DNA of 64,000 nucleotides from assembly GCA_002633005.1 (NCBI GenBank), contig NMRA01000466.1:33966-97965 (forward strand), in the 5' to 3' direction. Origin of the DNA: Phoronis australis (taxonomy: Eukaryota > Animalia > Phoronida). The position numbers were made by a program, and so were the translations under genes. Positions within the stretch are counted from its first letter, which is position 1; every line of letters starts with the position of its first letter. The notes under the pieces were generated by a model, which worked only from the letters and a program-made list of their open reading frames with translations, ran no database searches and was not told the DNA's origin. Shown piece by piece: positions 1 to 64,000 of this stretch.

Positions 1-554
1 TAAAGTGCGTGCGTATGAGGTCATCATGCGTGCTAGTGGTTCGAACAAAGTGGATTTGATTGTAAATATCAGGAATGACACGCTTATAGTGTTGGCATGG
101 AAACTGGGAATGGAAAGGCATCACTAAGGCCATGTTCTTGGAAAGAATGTTTCTAGTTTGTGTTACCATGCAGGGTATCTTGCTGTTGTGGTAGAGTGTC
201 ATAGTTTAGGACATGAACAAAATATAGTGGCAAGTGAAGCTTAATACATTTCTTCCAAAAAGATAACAAAGTCCGATGTACAAGTTCAGTACTATAGCTA
301 CCACCAGACACTATTTTGAAAAACTTCGACCACTCTGAACAGCGTAATTTCGGCAAAATATTAATTTTATTTGAAAGTGGAGAGATTCTACCGACAGTAA
401 TATTTATCGTTGTCCTTATTAGCATTTGGCAGCCAGTGGAGTTCATTCGTTATATATTGAACTTACGAATTTACCTATCTACTTATTATGCAACACTAAA
501 ACCATCCCACAATGCAACATTTTAATTTCTAACATGTGCTCACGCTTTGGATAN

Positions 555-586
555 CCATTTCGAGTAAAAAGATTGGAGACCGGGCC
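555..586. mobile_element. Right TIR of the same MITE family as 15734-16135, cut by N554
   Basis: ccatttcgagtaaaaagattggagaccgggcc is the reverse complement of the left end of the 15.7-kb element. Confidence 0.7.
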
Positions 587-837
587 CTGGTATCTTCCAT
601 CAATGCCATACCTGTAACATCCATGTGCAACATTGTAAGTCCAAAAATAATTCAGTTTACACTGTCTGTATAATGTTAAGTTTAATATCTGCAACTAATT
701 TCCTGTGAAAATGTACAAGTTTTGGTGGATATTTGTGTTGTTTGATTTTGAATACTAAAGTATTCACGTATGACTTATATATTTCTTAGCCACGAATGTG
801 GTAAGAAAATTTGCTTAATTTGTTTCTTTTCCTTCAG

Positions 838-63882
<63,045 letters not shown>

Positions 63883-64000
63883 GTAATGAGAATGTGAACT
63901 TTAATTTTTCCTGCTTGTGTTTCACCAGCGTCAATTTCAGAATTTCATTGCTGAATATCGCCACATCCAGCTGCTTAGGCTAAATCTAGTCTCCTCCTAT

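Noticed and set aside
790-800. Possible 11-nt microexon (ag|ccacgaatgtg|gtaaga)
   Set aside because: Would leave a 37-nt intron; cannot be tested without the upstream exon

Overview
AT-rich, intron-rich animal genomic DNA, probably from an invertebrate; I see no prokaryotic features. Almost the whole window is the interior of one very large + strand gene for a secreted VWF/gel-forming-mucin/hemolectin/SCO-spondin-superfamily protein, and it runs off both ends. I traced 54 GT-AG exons from 838 to 63882 that join in one reading frame (about 8.3 kb, about 2,770 aa). Domain order: C8-TIL-E, D'(TIL-E), VWD-C8-TIL-E (D3-like, with GDPH and CGLCG), Thr/Ser/Pro (PTS) segments alternating with TIL/VWC modules, two divergent F5/8-type-C (discoidin)-like domains, a VWA domain with a degenerate MIDAS, more VWC/TIL/PTS, then an array of at least four PTS + F5/8C-like modules. 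Introns hold a LINE 3' fragment, several non-autonomous DNA transposons (including a CAC-ended element with a 5-bp TSD, and Harbinger-, P- and Helentron-like elements), hammerhead/Penelope-like relics and many minisatellites. Three near-identical tandem duplications joined at single Ns are probably haplotype assembly artefacts. All coordinates were read by hand and domain names come from motif recognition, not database searches.
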